A DNA stretch of 64,000 nucleotides, taken from a virus (Duplodnaviria; Caudoviricetes). The notes beneath the pieces were generated by a model. The model was not told where the DNA came from and searched no databases. It saw only the letters and a program-made list of their open reading frames with translations. Positions within the stretch are counted from its first letter, which is position 1, and the number at the start of each line of letters is the position of its first letter. The position numbers were made by a program, and so were the translations under genes. The stretch spans positions 1 to 64,000 of IMG/VR virus record IMGVR_UViG_2905984197_000003. One strand, 5' to 3'. Of the stretch, positions 20,575-29,765 are shown one piece after another.

Positions 20575-21186
20575 TTATGGTTTAACTTTTAAAATGAGAA
20601 TGTTAATTGGGTTAGGAAGATCTCCTAACATCTTAATCTCTATGGTTTGGTTGGTTGCGTAATCGTCAATATTTATTTTTTTACCCGTTACACTATCCCG
20701 TGCCTGAATGATCACGTTTTCCGTTTCAAGGGTATTGGGGAAAACTGTACTTCCCGTAATTTGTACCACTGCACTTGTAGGGGTCTGTGAAATGAGCAAA
20801 ACTTTATCATAGATTTGCTTATTAAATTCCTGTTGATTTTTGGGGCTCTGTAACCAATCGTAGTCAAGTAATAGCTTTACTTTATCTTCTCTTGATTCAC
20901 CGATCGGAATAGCTTTTAAAGCTTCAATATCCTCACGGCTTTTTTTAATGAAACCGACTATTTCCTGAAGCTCATCTAAAGACAGATCATCAGATAACAG
21001 TTTCTTTTTAATACCTTCTATCTCCAATTCAAATGATTGAAAAACTTCTTGAAGTCCTTCAATATTTTCCTTAGGGATTAAATATTCTTTGTGATAAAAA
21101 GATAAAAACGTTTCTTTAAACTGTGTTTGCGTCGGAAAATCTCCAGTTTCAAACCAACTGAAGATTGTATTTAATGGTGTACTCAT
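20575..21186 (-). CDS. IFSWFExGD-family fibre-associated protein, copy 3
   Basis: 203 aa. MSTPLNTIFSWFETGDFPT and LDELQEIV motifs; C-terminus resembles copy 1. Confidence 0.8.
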   Translation of the reverse strand: MSTPLNTIFSWFETGDFPTQTQFKETFLSFYHKEYLIPKENIEGLQEVFQSFELEIEGIKKKLLSDDLSLDELQEIVGFIKKSREDIEALKAIPIGESREDKVKLLLDYDWLQSPKNQQEFNKQIYDKVLLISQTPTSAVVQITGSTVFPNTLETENVIIQARDSVTGKKINIDDYATNQTIEIKMLGDLPNPINILILKVKP

Positions 21187-21335
21187 TTAATGATTAAAAA
21201 TTAGTTTTGATAAAATTGATAATTGGAGAAAGGCCTGTATCGTTCACAGGTTGATTGCTTGAATAGAATTCTATATTTCTTGAGCGATTATGGATTTTTC
21301 ACCCCTTTTTATCACCCTTATCAATTAATGAATTG
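21187..21335 (-). repeat. Truncated cassette leader, copy 3
   Basis: AAAATTAGTTTTGATAAAATTGAT (21197..21220) and AATAGAATTCTATATTT..TGAGC match copies 1 and 2; homology stops at about 21335. Confidence 0.75.
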
Positions 21336-21440
21336 CATGGTCATCATCAAGAAAACCATGCTTTAGTTGTATTGCTATCAAAGTCACCCATTCAAAATAA
21401 AATGACTTTAAATGCAATACGAATTACAGTTTTTAAAATT

Positions 21441-21881
21441 CTATTTTGCAAAAAACAAATCAGCTTCTGCTTTTCTACGTCTGATTAAACCATTCAAAAC
21501 TTTACCTCCCGCGGTAGTATATCTTGAAGAAAACCAATCTTTAATGGTTTCTGAATTTGCTTTTTTATTGATCAAAGAAAATAGAGTGTCCGATCCTCCT
21601 GTGTTGTAAGTATGCGATACAAGAGCGTCAAATTGATTTTGTGTAAGCGAGATTTTAATTTTATTCTTAACTATTTTTTCATACGTCGGCAAAACAGATG
21701 AAAATAATTCAGCTCCTTTTTCTTTGCTGATGGAAGGATCTTTCATGGTTACTTTTTTTCCGCCTGGGTAATACGTATTTCCGTAGCCAATTGTCGGGAT
21801 TCCTGCTGAATCCAGATAAGGTTTGGAACTGAATCCTTCAAATGATAAAATCAGATTGATTCCTTTTTGTGATGTTTTCAT
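21441..21881 (-). CDS. Endolysin, GH24 (T4/P21-type) lysozyme
   Basis: Catalytic E-x8-D-x5-T in FEGFSSKPYLDSAGIPTIGYG; LTQNQFDALVS and GLIRRRKAE motifs. Confidence 0.95.
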   Translation of the reverse strand: MKTSQKGINLILSFEGFSSKPYLDSAGIPTIGYGNTYYPGGKKVTMKDPSISKEKGAELFSSVLPTYEKIVKNKIKISLTQNQFDALVSHTYNTGGSDTLFSLINKKANSETIKDWFSSRYTTAGGKVLNGLIRRRKAEADLFFAK

Positions 21882-21892
21882 TATTTCTATTT

Positions 21893-22588
21893 TTAAAATC
21901 TTATTAAATTATATGATACTCCAATTCCGAAGGCTGGATAAAACTGATTTGCCGCGGGAACATAATAATAGCCTCCTTGAATACCAAAACCAAATCTTTT
22001 CGGCTTCACATCGATCCGTTTCTTGAAGTGTTCAACACCGTTAATCTTCATGTTTTTATCGGGTGAAGAAATATCAATGTACGTATTTTCTTTGCCGAGC
22101 AACCATTTCCTATCTTTGTATTTAACAATATCTACTACTGCGTTGTACTTGTAATCGACCGTACTATCTTGAATGTTTGATACTATTTGCATGTATTTAC
22201 TTTCGTAAAAAACACGTGCTTTTTTATTTGCATCCAATTCGGTCTTTGTTGCTTTCAATTGACCATCTAAATTAAAGTTTGCTCTGGTTAATTCATCTAT
22301 CTTTTCCTGTGCAATATTGAGAGCTGGCGCAAGCGTGTCACTTACGTAAGTCATGTAATTTTTGGTAACGTAGTTTTTTACTATTTCGCCTTCTTGTTCT
22401 TTAAATTTACCGTGAATAGTGCTGTCTTTTAGATTCATCCATTTATCAAGGTAAATTGTATCTAATGATTTAGTAGTTTCTGAGGCGATTCTATCGTTTT
22501 TACTTAAAGTAAACCATCCTGTGAAAAGGTTTGCAGTCAATCCGATAACCGCTATAACCAATATCGCTAAAAATGCATTCTTTTTCAT
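21893..22588 (-). CDS. Lysis-cassette membrane protein, putative spanin-like
   Basis: N-terminal TM helix, central coiled coil, C-terminal amphipathic beta strands ending in Phe; lies between the putative holin and the endolysin. Confidence 0.55.
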   Translation of the reverse strand: MKKNAFLAILVIAVIGLTANLFTGWFTLSKNDRIASETTKSLDTIYLDKWMNLKDSTIHGKFKEQEGEIVKNYVTKNYMTYVSDTLAPALNIAQEKIDELTRANFNLDGQLKATKTELDANKKARVFYESKYMQIVSNIQDSTVDYKYNAVVDIVKYKDRKWLLGKENTYIDISSPDKNMKINGVEHFKKRIDVKPKRFGFGIQGGYYYVPAANQFYPAFGIGVSYNLIRF

Positions 22589-22896
22589 TTTGATTGATTT
22601 AATAATGTTGTTGCTTGTTCCTGAGTTTTTTCACGAAGAGTACTATCTGCTTTTTTTATAGTCTCATCTTTTATGTATCCTGCTTTTATTAATAATTGTC
22701 TGTTTAATTCATCTACCTTTTTTCTTTCTTCATAGTAGAGTGTTTTGTAATCTTCTTTTGATTCTTTACTGCTATTCAGATTAATGAAGTAGGTAATCCA
22801 AAACATGAGAAAGAAAACCGCAGCGACAAACGCAAGAGGATTTTTTGAAATTAATTGCTGAAATTTTCCCAGCTCGTTTGGATTTGGATTTGCCAT
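22585..22896 (-). CDS. Putative holin / lysis membrane protein
   Basis: 103 aa with one TM segment (LAFVAAVFFLMFWITYFI) and a charged C-terminus; first gene of the lysis cassette. Confidence 0.5.
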   Translation of the reverse strand: MANPNPNELGKFQQLISKNPLAFVAAVFFLMFWITYFINLNSSKESKEDYKTLYYEERKKVDELNRQLLIKAGYIKDETIKKADSTLREKTQEQATTLLNQSK

Positions 22897-22929
22897 TTAT
22901 ACCTTTCATTTTTTTTATTGTTCGATTTT

Positions 22930-25704
22930 TTACCCGATTAGAAGTCCATATTGAAAATGACAAACTGTTCCACCTATCGTCTTTTGACCAGAAAAACCCT
23001 CTTGTAATGTTCCAACGAGATGAGGTACATATACTTTAAAGCCCTTAAAGCCATTTGAATCTGCGTTGTTTAAAAACATATATCCGGAACTTACTTCAAG
23101 AGCATTATTAACTCCGGAGGCTCCAGAGGCTAATAATCTTAATGCCGTATTATTAACATTTGAACCTGACGAGGATATTTCTGCACCTATATTGTTTATA
23201 TTGCCTTCATTTCTGTTACTGAATATTCTGAATCTATTTTTGAAGGTTGGATTTCCTGGAAAATTATCTGATGAAATAGAAATTCCACTTATTAATTCTC
23301 CAGATGAATTAAATTCGCCAAATAATAACTTACCAAGTGTACTCGTCAAAGTTGTTGCGGTGATCTTCCAGCCGTTAACACCACCGATATATCCTTCGGT
23401 TGCATTTATTTTTCCGATTATTTCAGCGTTTTCCGCAATCATTTTTCCGTTTTGTTGAACTCTGAATGGTGCTGTATTTCTATTTGCATAATTAGAACCA
23501 GATCCAAATCTTACACTCGTTCCGGTTGTGTCTCCATCATCTGTAAGGCTTGAAACAAAAGCGTTTCTTTCTGTATCTGTTCCAAGTTCTAAAACTTGTG
23601 TTACTAAAAGTCCATTGTCAACAGAAGTGAAACCATCTGATCCATCATTGAATTTTATTTTTCCTTTGATAACTCCGGTGTCAAGATTTATTGTCATTTG
23701 ACCGTCCAATGAGGCGACAATTCCAGTTCTAATAAGCCCTCCGTTGATTGTACTTGTGCCAATAGTGATTGATAAAACTCTTACATTATCAACAACGGTA
23801 TGAAGTATTCCAAGTAAGAAATAAAAGTCATTTACATCATCATCAAACTTGATTTTTTCTTGCGTAAATTCAATTACAGCATCAGTTCCGGTTTTCGAGC
23901 AAACTGCATATACATATCTAAACCCGTCATCCGGAAGTGTCACATTGTTTTCAGCAATATTCCATGTTTTATTAAAAGTCTGCGAGTAAATCACACCTGC
24001 ATTTGCTTTGACTTTGTTTTTATTTCCGTCGATCATCAACTCGAAAACTACTGAACAGCTTAATTGCTGAGATTGGCTTCCAACAGTCAGCATGTTTGTT
24101 TCAATCGAATTTGGCTTGATGTTTTCCGGCCAGAAATAACCATCTGTATCGAAAGCGAGGTTTTGAAGCTCTTGAGTAGTTTTTAATCCTAACTTTGAAT
24201 AGTTGATATTTCCAAGATTAGTAATGGATAAGACATTCTTAATTGTTTTTACGTCCAAAATTACTTGAGAAGCATAATTTATCTCATAAGAATCAGCAAT
24301 CACAACTTTATATTTGAAAGGATTGTAAACTCCATTTTCGATAAATGTTACCGTAGTAGAATTTATTCTAAGCATTTTATTAATTCCTAAAGGCTTGTCA
24401 ACCACCGTAACATAATCACCAATGTCAAAGTTTCCGATTCCTATTTTCTCCATGTAAGCTGGATCAATTTCCAGATCATAAGAAACTTTTGCGTTTTTAT
24501 GGAGCTCAAATTGCTCAAGACCTTTTACCAGTAATTCATTTTCAGCATTATCAATGTAGCTTTGAGGCATGACGATATCTAAAATTACATATTCATCACC
24601 TAAGGCAAATTGAAAAGCTTCAGAATCTATATCGGGAAACTTCTGCCCCGAATCATTAGTGAACGGAATTATTTCGAACGTTTTCGTTGTATGGCTATAA
24701 CCACCTTTTTTTATCTCAAATTCATAGCCGGCAAGATTACCAGTATTGAAATGAACCTTTGCCGATGTTCCTGCAATCAAATATTTAGTTGTCACATTAT
24801 CGGCCTCTTTTGCGTTCAAATCGAAATCCATCCCAGAATCAAGAAACTTGAATTTTGTATCTCCTAAAGAAGTTATCTTTCCTGTTCTTTTGGGGTAGAT
24901 ATCATCAAATGTAATTGATCCTTCTTTTAATCCAAATCCTGCAATTAAACTTGTATCTTCGACGAAATCAGAATTTGGCAGCATCAAATTTGTTGAAAAA
25001 TTTCTGTAACCATTCGGGATATTTTCAGTTCCGCCTAAAACGTAAAGTCTATTGATAATATCATTGTCATCAACATTTGAACGATTCAATCCGTACAAAC
25101 CCTTACCTTTTCCATGTTCGAAAGTAAGAGGTAATTTTCGCCCGAAATCTCCGGTATGGATTACGATTTTATCATTCTCAATTTTAACCCAGAAATCTAC
25201 TTTAAATTCATCGCAAATTTTCTGTAAGGCCGAAAGACAAGTATCATCACCGAAAGTGATTGTTTTGGTTTCAGCGTTCGTGAAGTTTCCGATTTCCCAA
25301 TCCAAAGAAAGCCTTTGCATATTGTTTTTAAGACAAATCAAAAAGGTTTCAATAGTTCCGATTAGCGGAAATTCTAAGTTGAATTTCTGCCCGGTTCCGT
25401 CCGCATTGAAATACTTGCAACGAAGCATATCATACATTAAACCTTGAGCGATAATATCGTACTCGTATTCAGCCTCACTAATTTTATTGACATTCGGTAA
25501 AGAATTCAATCTGTAGACAGAACCAAACAACACAAAGTAGTCATTGATTTTAATATCCAAAACAGAATTTGATTTCATTCGGATATTCAAAGTATCATCC
25601 GAAAGCAAAGCTTTACTTATTGCCGCCGATTCAACAGAACGCTTCCCCCTTTCAACTAAGTTGAAAAGTGGTGAGCTGTTTCTGTAAATGGTTATGTTGT
25701 TCAT
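22930..25704 (-). CDS. Tail tip / baseplate hub (Tal-like) protein
   Basis: 924 aa. EHGKGKGLYGL, RLYVLGGTENIP and FDDIYPKRTG motifs of Bacteroidota siphophage tail hubs; position after the TMP and Dit genes. Confidence 0.75.
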   Translation of the reverse strand: MNNITIYRNSSPLFNLVERGKRSVESAAISKALLSDDTLNIRMKSNSVLDIKINDYFVLFGSVYRLNSLPNVNKISEAEYEYDIIAQGLMYDMLRCKYFNADGTGQKFNLEFPLIGTIETFLICLKNNMQRLSLDWEIGNFTNAETKTITFGDDTCLSALQKICDEFKVDFWVKIENDKIVIHTGDFGRKLPLTFEHGKGKGLYGLNRSNVDDNDIINRLYVLGGTENIPNGYRNFSTNLMLPNSDFVEDTSLIAGFGLKEGSITFDDIYPKRTGKITSLGDTKFKFLDSGMDFDLNAKEADNVTTKYLIAGTSAKVHFNTGNLAGYEFEIKKGGYSHTTKTFEIIPFTNDSGQKFPDIDSEAFQFALGDEYVILDIVMPQSYIDNAENELLVKGLEQFELHKNAKVSYDLEIDPAYMEKIGIGNFDIGDYVTVVDKPLGINKMLRINSTTVTFIENGVYNPFKYKVVIADSYEINYASQVILDVKTIKNVLSITNLGNINYSKLGLKTTQELQNLAFDTDGYFWPENIKPNSIETNMLTVGSQSQQLSCSVVFELMIDGNKNKVKANAGVIYSQTFNKTWNIAENNVTLPDDGFRYVYAVCSKTGTDAVIEFTQEKIKFDDDVNDFYFLLGILHTVVDNVRVLSITIGTSTINGGLIRTGIVASLDGQMTINLDTGVIKGKIKFNDGSDGFTSVDNGLLVTQVLELGTDTERNAFVSSLTDDGDTTGTSVRFGSGSNYANRNTAPFRVQQNGKMIAENAEIIGKINATEGYIGGVNGWKITATTLTSTLGKLLFGEFNSSGELISGISISSDNFPGNPTFKNRFRIFSNRNEGNINNIGAEISSSGSNVNNTALRLLASGASGVNNALEVSSGYMFLNNADSNGFKGFKVYVPHLVGTLQEGFSGQKTIGGTVCHFQYGLLIG

Positions 25705-25740
25705 TATATTTTTTTTACTTTTACTAGCAAATTATTTCGT

Positions 25741-25989
25741 ATGTATATATATTTAATTGGAGTATTTTTAACTGAAAAGCAAGTTGATTCTATTATAAAA
25801 AAAAAGCATGAAGAATTAGATAGATGGCTCAAACGCGAACAAATAACCCTTAACGAAAAATCTAAACAAGAAATAAATGAAGAATATGAAAAAATAAAAA
25901 GATCAAAAAAACCAAAATGGAAAAAAATTCATTTAACAATTGTTCTTGATGATATTATTGCTCAAGTTTCACAAATTAATGTTTGGTAG
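25741..25989 (+). CDS. Hypothetical AT-rich opposite-strand ORF (possible moron)
   Basis: 82 aa filling an intergenic gap; stop abuts the stop of the SGNH gene. Confidence 0.4.
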   Translation: MYIYLIGVFLTEKQVDSIIKKKHEELDRWLKREQITLNEKSKQEINEEYEKIKRSKKPKWKKIHLTIVLDDIIAQVSQINVW

Positions 25990-26604
25990 TTAAAAAATCA
26001 TTGATCTAAATCCTTCTTTGATAATATCTGCTCCCGCTTGATTCTCGTGGATATTATCACCACAATTATACTGATCTGCTAAATTGTCACTACCGTCACT
26101 TAGGAGAGAAACGTGATAATTATTTCTTTTATCTACATTTGAAATCGTTGACATTATCGCGTTATTTAAAGTTACCCAATTAGCGTATGCTTGTGGTTTA
26201 CCTGCATCCAAATAAGCTTTTTTTGCAGGATTCATGCAGCTGATCCAAATCTCTGCATCAGGTCTTATATCTGATCTGATTTGATTTATGTAATTTTGAT
26301 AGTTTGTTAAAACTGTATTAATGTTTTGCTCCACATCGTTCAATCCGATTTGAACTAAAACGACATCAAAGAAATTTTTGTTCGATAAAGCGTTCCAAGC
26401 TGCCAGCTGTTGATTAATTGTGTGACCAGGTACAGCAATATTTTGCGCTGAAAACCCTTGACTAATCTCATTTTGCGTAAATAACTGAGATGCTATGGTT
26501 TGCCCCCTACAAGCATACGCTGCAATTGTTGAATCGCCTGAAATCAAAAACTTTTTTTTAGAGTTTTGATTTTCAATTCCGTCAATCGTCATATTTAACA
26601 TCAT
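25990..26604 (-). CDS. SGNH/GDSL-family hydrolase
   Basis: Blocks GDST, AVPG, QIGLND and DNIH. Confidence 0.85.
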   Translation of the reverse strand: MMLNMTIDGIENQNSKKKFLISGDSTIAAYACRGQTIASQLFTQNEISQGFSAQNIAVPGHTINQQLAAWNALSNKNFFDVVLVQIGLNDVEQNINTVLTNYQNYINQIRSDIRPDAEIWISCMNPAKKAYLDAGKPQAYANWVTLNNAIMSTISNVDKRNNYHVSLLSDGSDNLADQYNCGDNIHENQAGADIIKEGFRSMIF

Positions 26605-26606
26605 AA

Positions 26607-28244
26607 TTATAAGTTTAATAATTTGACATACTCAGTTGTTGCAGTGCCTCCAACAGGGTTAGACAATTTCAGCCAAAGTTCTCCGGATATTGCATTTGGG
26701 TAGGTGTACAAATCGGTGAAATTTGTCCCATCCGTTGATTTTAATAACTTGACTTGTGTCCCAATTCTACTAAATCTATATTTCAATATTCCAGATGGAC
26801 TTCCTTGTTGACTTTGTGTACCATTTCTGTAATTTACATAATTAGCACCTAGTCCATTTCCTACTATAACATGGCAATTCCAAACGAGAGGATTTCCATA
26901 AGCTCTTAAAGTCGACACATCATCTAAACCGAACATTATACTTCCGATAACATTTCCACCAAACTCAAAGTAACCATCACCTATCAATGTTTGATCTGAT
27001 ACTCCAACCTCGTTTTGAGTGGTTATACGATGCACGCCATCTGATAGAGTAGTAAATGATCCGTCATGTACTGAAAATGTCAAACTAATAGGTAAAGCCT
27101 GAGCGAGTGTTGTTGGATTTACAGTGTTACTAAAAACAGACACGTTGCCTGCTGCATCTTTAGATTTAACTTTAAATTCATAGCTTGTATTTAATAATAA
27201 ACTTGTTACTTGGTAATTGTTTGAATTCGTAGAAGTTAGAAAAACACCGTCTTTATAAATATCGTAACCAACTACTCCAATATTGTCTGTAGCACCCGTC
27301 ATAACTAAATTAACAGAATTATGCGTGATGTTTTCTGTTGTTAATGTTGGTTGGCTTGGATTTTGAGAATCAGGAATTGATACCGTTGTCTCAATTAAAT
27401 TTTTATTTATCGAAAACATCAGGTTGGTGCCGATTAAGATATACCCAATTAAACTTCTTTTATCCGGATTTAAATTTATATCTAGCGAGACTCCTTCAAC
27501 AGTTAAAGTTTTATTTCCTACTAAATCTTGTTTGACGACCAAATATCCTTGTGAAATATTCTTATTAATCGTTAAACTAGTGTTCGTTGTTATGTTAAAA
27601 TATTTATTCCCATCCCATATAGACCCAATTAATACACTGAATTCATTATCATCTGTACTTTCCGAGTTTCCTATTTGAATCCATTTTATAGACGTTCCAG
27701 GAATATCTGTACTTTGTGCAATTTGCCCTTCATCAACAATCCAATGAATATTATTCTTAATTATTTGATTACCTTCTGTTAAAGGAAAATCTATTGAACT
27801 TAAACTATCCCATAACCTTACATTTACAGAAGCTTGAGGCATTGCTTTTAAAATCTTTTCAGCAACTCCATTTTTAATCCAAATCTGAACTTCATTTAAT
27901 TGAATATCTGTTGGTGAAACTGTAATAATCTCATCATTTACATCAATAAAATTTGGAAAATTCCCGGATTGATTTACATCGTATTTTTCGTATAAATTAG
28001 TACCTGAAGTCCAAGGTGTAGGAATAGGATTAGTAACAGGATCATAAGGTAACCCTGGTTTTGCTACTCCTTTAATTCCAGATTGAGTTGTTGCTTCAAC
28101 GTCAGCTCTCCATTCGTTATCCTCTATAATACTATAAGTATTTCCCGGCATTCCATTTTTTGTAATAGTTGCGAAATTATCAGGTGGGATTATATCTGTG
28201 ACGTTTACGTTAATCTGATTGATGTTAAATGTTCCTATTGGCAT
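26607..28244 (-). CDS. Tail-associated protein with a fibronectin type III domain
   Basis: ATDNIGVVGYDIY...YEFKVKSKDAAGNVS FN3 signature; located in the tail module. Confidence 0.75.
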   Translation of the reverse strand: MPIGTFNINQINVNVTDIIPPDNFATITKNGMPGNTYSIIEDNEWRADVEATTQSGIKGVAKPGLPYDPVTNPIPTPWTSGTNLYEKYDVNQSGNFPNFIDVNDEIITVSPTDIQLNEVQIWIKNGVAEKILKAMPQASVNVRLWDSLSSIDFPLTEGNQIIKNNIHWIVDEGQIAQSTDIPGTSIKWIQIGNSESTDDNEFSVLIGSIWDGNKYFNITTNTSLTINKNISQGYLVVKQDLVGNKTLTVEGVSLDINLNPDKRSLIGYILIGTNLMFSINKNLIETTVSIPDSQNPSQPTLTTENITHNSVNLVMTGATDNIGVVGYDIYKDGVFLTSTNSNNYQVTSLLLNTSYEFKVKSKDAAGNVSVFSNTVNPTTLAQALPISLTFSVHDGSFTTLSDGVHRITTQNEVGVSDQTLIGDGYFEFGGNVIGSIMFGLDDVSTLRAYGNPLVWNCHVIVGNGLGANYVNYRNGTQSQQGSPSGILKYRFSRIGTQVKLLKSTDGTNFTDLYTYPNAISGELWLKLSNPVGGTATTEYVKLLNL

Positions 28245-28257
28245 TGTTTTTATTATT

Positions 28258-29277
28258 TTAGATTTTTTCCCAAAGAATTTCCACTTCGGTTTGTAAATTT
28301 TTAATTTCTTCTATGTTTCCAGCGATGATGATGATTTTCTCTTTTCCAATCATATCCTGCCATTCTCCTATTATTTCGGCTGTTTCTATTTTTGCATTTC
28401 CGTAAGTCAGATTGCTTATTTCGTTACCATCTGAATCCAAAACCTTGTAAATGAATTTTCCATAATCAGACATCTTTAATTCGGCAAAAGTCTCAAGAGA
28501 GTTATATCCCGTTTTTCCATTAGTTATTTCAGAAATTGCGACTGCTTGATAAGTGTTATCTAGCTTTCTGCCGATAACTACCAGAAACAAATCCTTCGGC
28601 GCCGTGATAACTACTTCAACCGAAAACCTGAAAGATGTTTCATTCGTGGGAATCGTATAAGCTTCATAGAAGTCTGCATTTACACCGCTAACTGAAATCA
28701 GATTGATTCCTGAGCTTTCATAAGAAGGTGATTCGTAATTCTTAGTGAAGTTTACATTTCCTCTAGCCGTCTGTTTTGTTCCATCTCCAAAGAATAATTC
28801 AGTTTCAGTTGTAGATTCGTAGGAAAGTTTGAACTTATCAAGAGATGTTTTTAGAATGGTTTTAATTGGATTAGGCTCGATAAGATTAATAGTAAAAATC
28901 CCAACCATTCCACCCTTTCTGAATGTTTTCTCCAAGGCAATATCTTCCTGCATGTAAACTTCGTAAGCCAAAGTTTTAAATTCGAAAGGAACAATATGAA
29001 GTCTTTGAGTTCCGGATCTTGCAAACTGATCCTTAAAAGCATGAAAATTGCTTAACATCACCTCCCAGTCCTCACCATCAACAAAACATTTTAATTGAAT
29101 TTTTCTTTCCTTGAATTTGACATTTCGTAAATTAGGAGAAGCTCCGTGATATTCCGCCCAATCATAAGACTGCACAGCTTTTCTTTCCAAAGAATCAGCT
29201 ATTCCGATAGAATCAGAAACATAAACTTTGAAATCACGAAAGTTTTTGTTGTTAATAAAATACCCTACCTCATTCAT
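28258..29277 (-). CDS. Distal tail (Dit-like) protein
   Basis: Position after the TMP; YDWAEYHG...FKERKIQLKC and LIEPNP motifs. Confidence 0.6.
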   Translation of the reverse strand: MNEVGYFINNKNFRDFKVYVSDSIGIADSLERKAVQSYDWAEYHGASPNLRNVKFKERKIQLKCFVDGEDWEVMLSNFHAFKDQFARSGTQRLHIVPFEFKTLAYEVYMQEDIALEKTFRKGGMVGIFTINLIEPNPIKTILKTSLDKFKLSYESTTETELFFGDGTKQTARGNVNFTKNYESPSYESSGINLISVSGVNADFYEAYTIPTNETSFRFSVEVVITAPKDLFLVVIGRKLDNTYQAVAISEITNGKTGYNSLETFAELKMSDYGKFIYKVLDSDGNEISNLTYGNAKIETAEIIGEWQDMIGKEKIIIIAGNIEEIKNLQTEVEILWEKI

Positions 29278-29765
29278 CTTTTAAAGGTTGATTTGTGAAC
29301 TTTTACATTTCCAGTGCTTTTCACTTGATTACTATCATATTGAAAAACAGTTACCGAAGCTTTTTCCATGCATTCGATTTCTACCTCAGCATTATCCAGA
29401 ATATTGATTATTAGAATTGCGTTTCCGGAAGCTTTTATTTTCGCCTTAGTATCATGTCTTAAAATCAGTTTTGATACTGAATAACTATTGTAACTTAATT
29501 CAATCTTACTTTCTCCGAAGTAAGCTGCTTCAAACTCACTTTTATTACTACCTATATAATCCGTATGAAGTCCATAGATATCAGATTTGCCTTTGAAAGC
29601 TCTTAAAGTTTCAATATCCGGGAAGTCGTTTTTCATACTCCAATCGTCACCTTCGAAATACATTTGGCAAAGATTTTCAAGTGAAGAATCGTTTTTCATT
29701 TTCTCCTGGTAATCTTTACACAGATTTTGCTTCTTTGCCAAGTTTAAAATATTGTTCGTTTTCAT
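29274..29765 (-). CDS. Hypothetical phage protein following the tape measure gene
   Basis: 163 aa, start and stop overlap both neighbours. Confidence 0.7.
   Translation of the reverse strand: MKTNNILNLAKKQNLCKDYQEKMKNDSSLENLCQMYFEGDDWSMKNDFPDIETLRAFKGKSDIYGLHTDYIGSNKSEFEAAYFGESKIELSYNSYSVSKLILRHDTKAKIKASGNAILIINILDNAEVEIECMEKASVTVFQYDSNQVKSTGNVKVHKSTFKR

Noticed and set aside
1-21335. Invertible shufflon of fibre genes
   Set aside because: All cassettes share one orientation, each has a full start, and no invertase or inverted crossover sites were seen.
21336-21440. attachment (att) site
   Set aside because: No integrase or second copy of a core sequence is visible in the window, so it cannot be supported.
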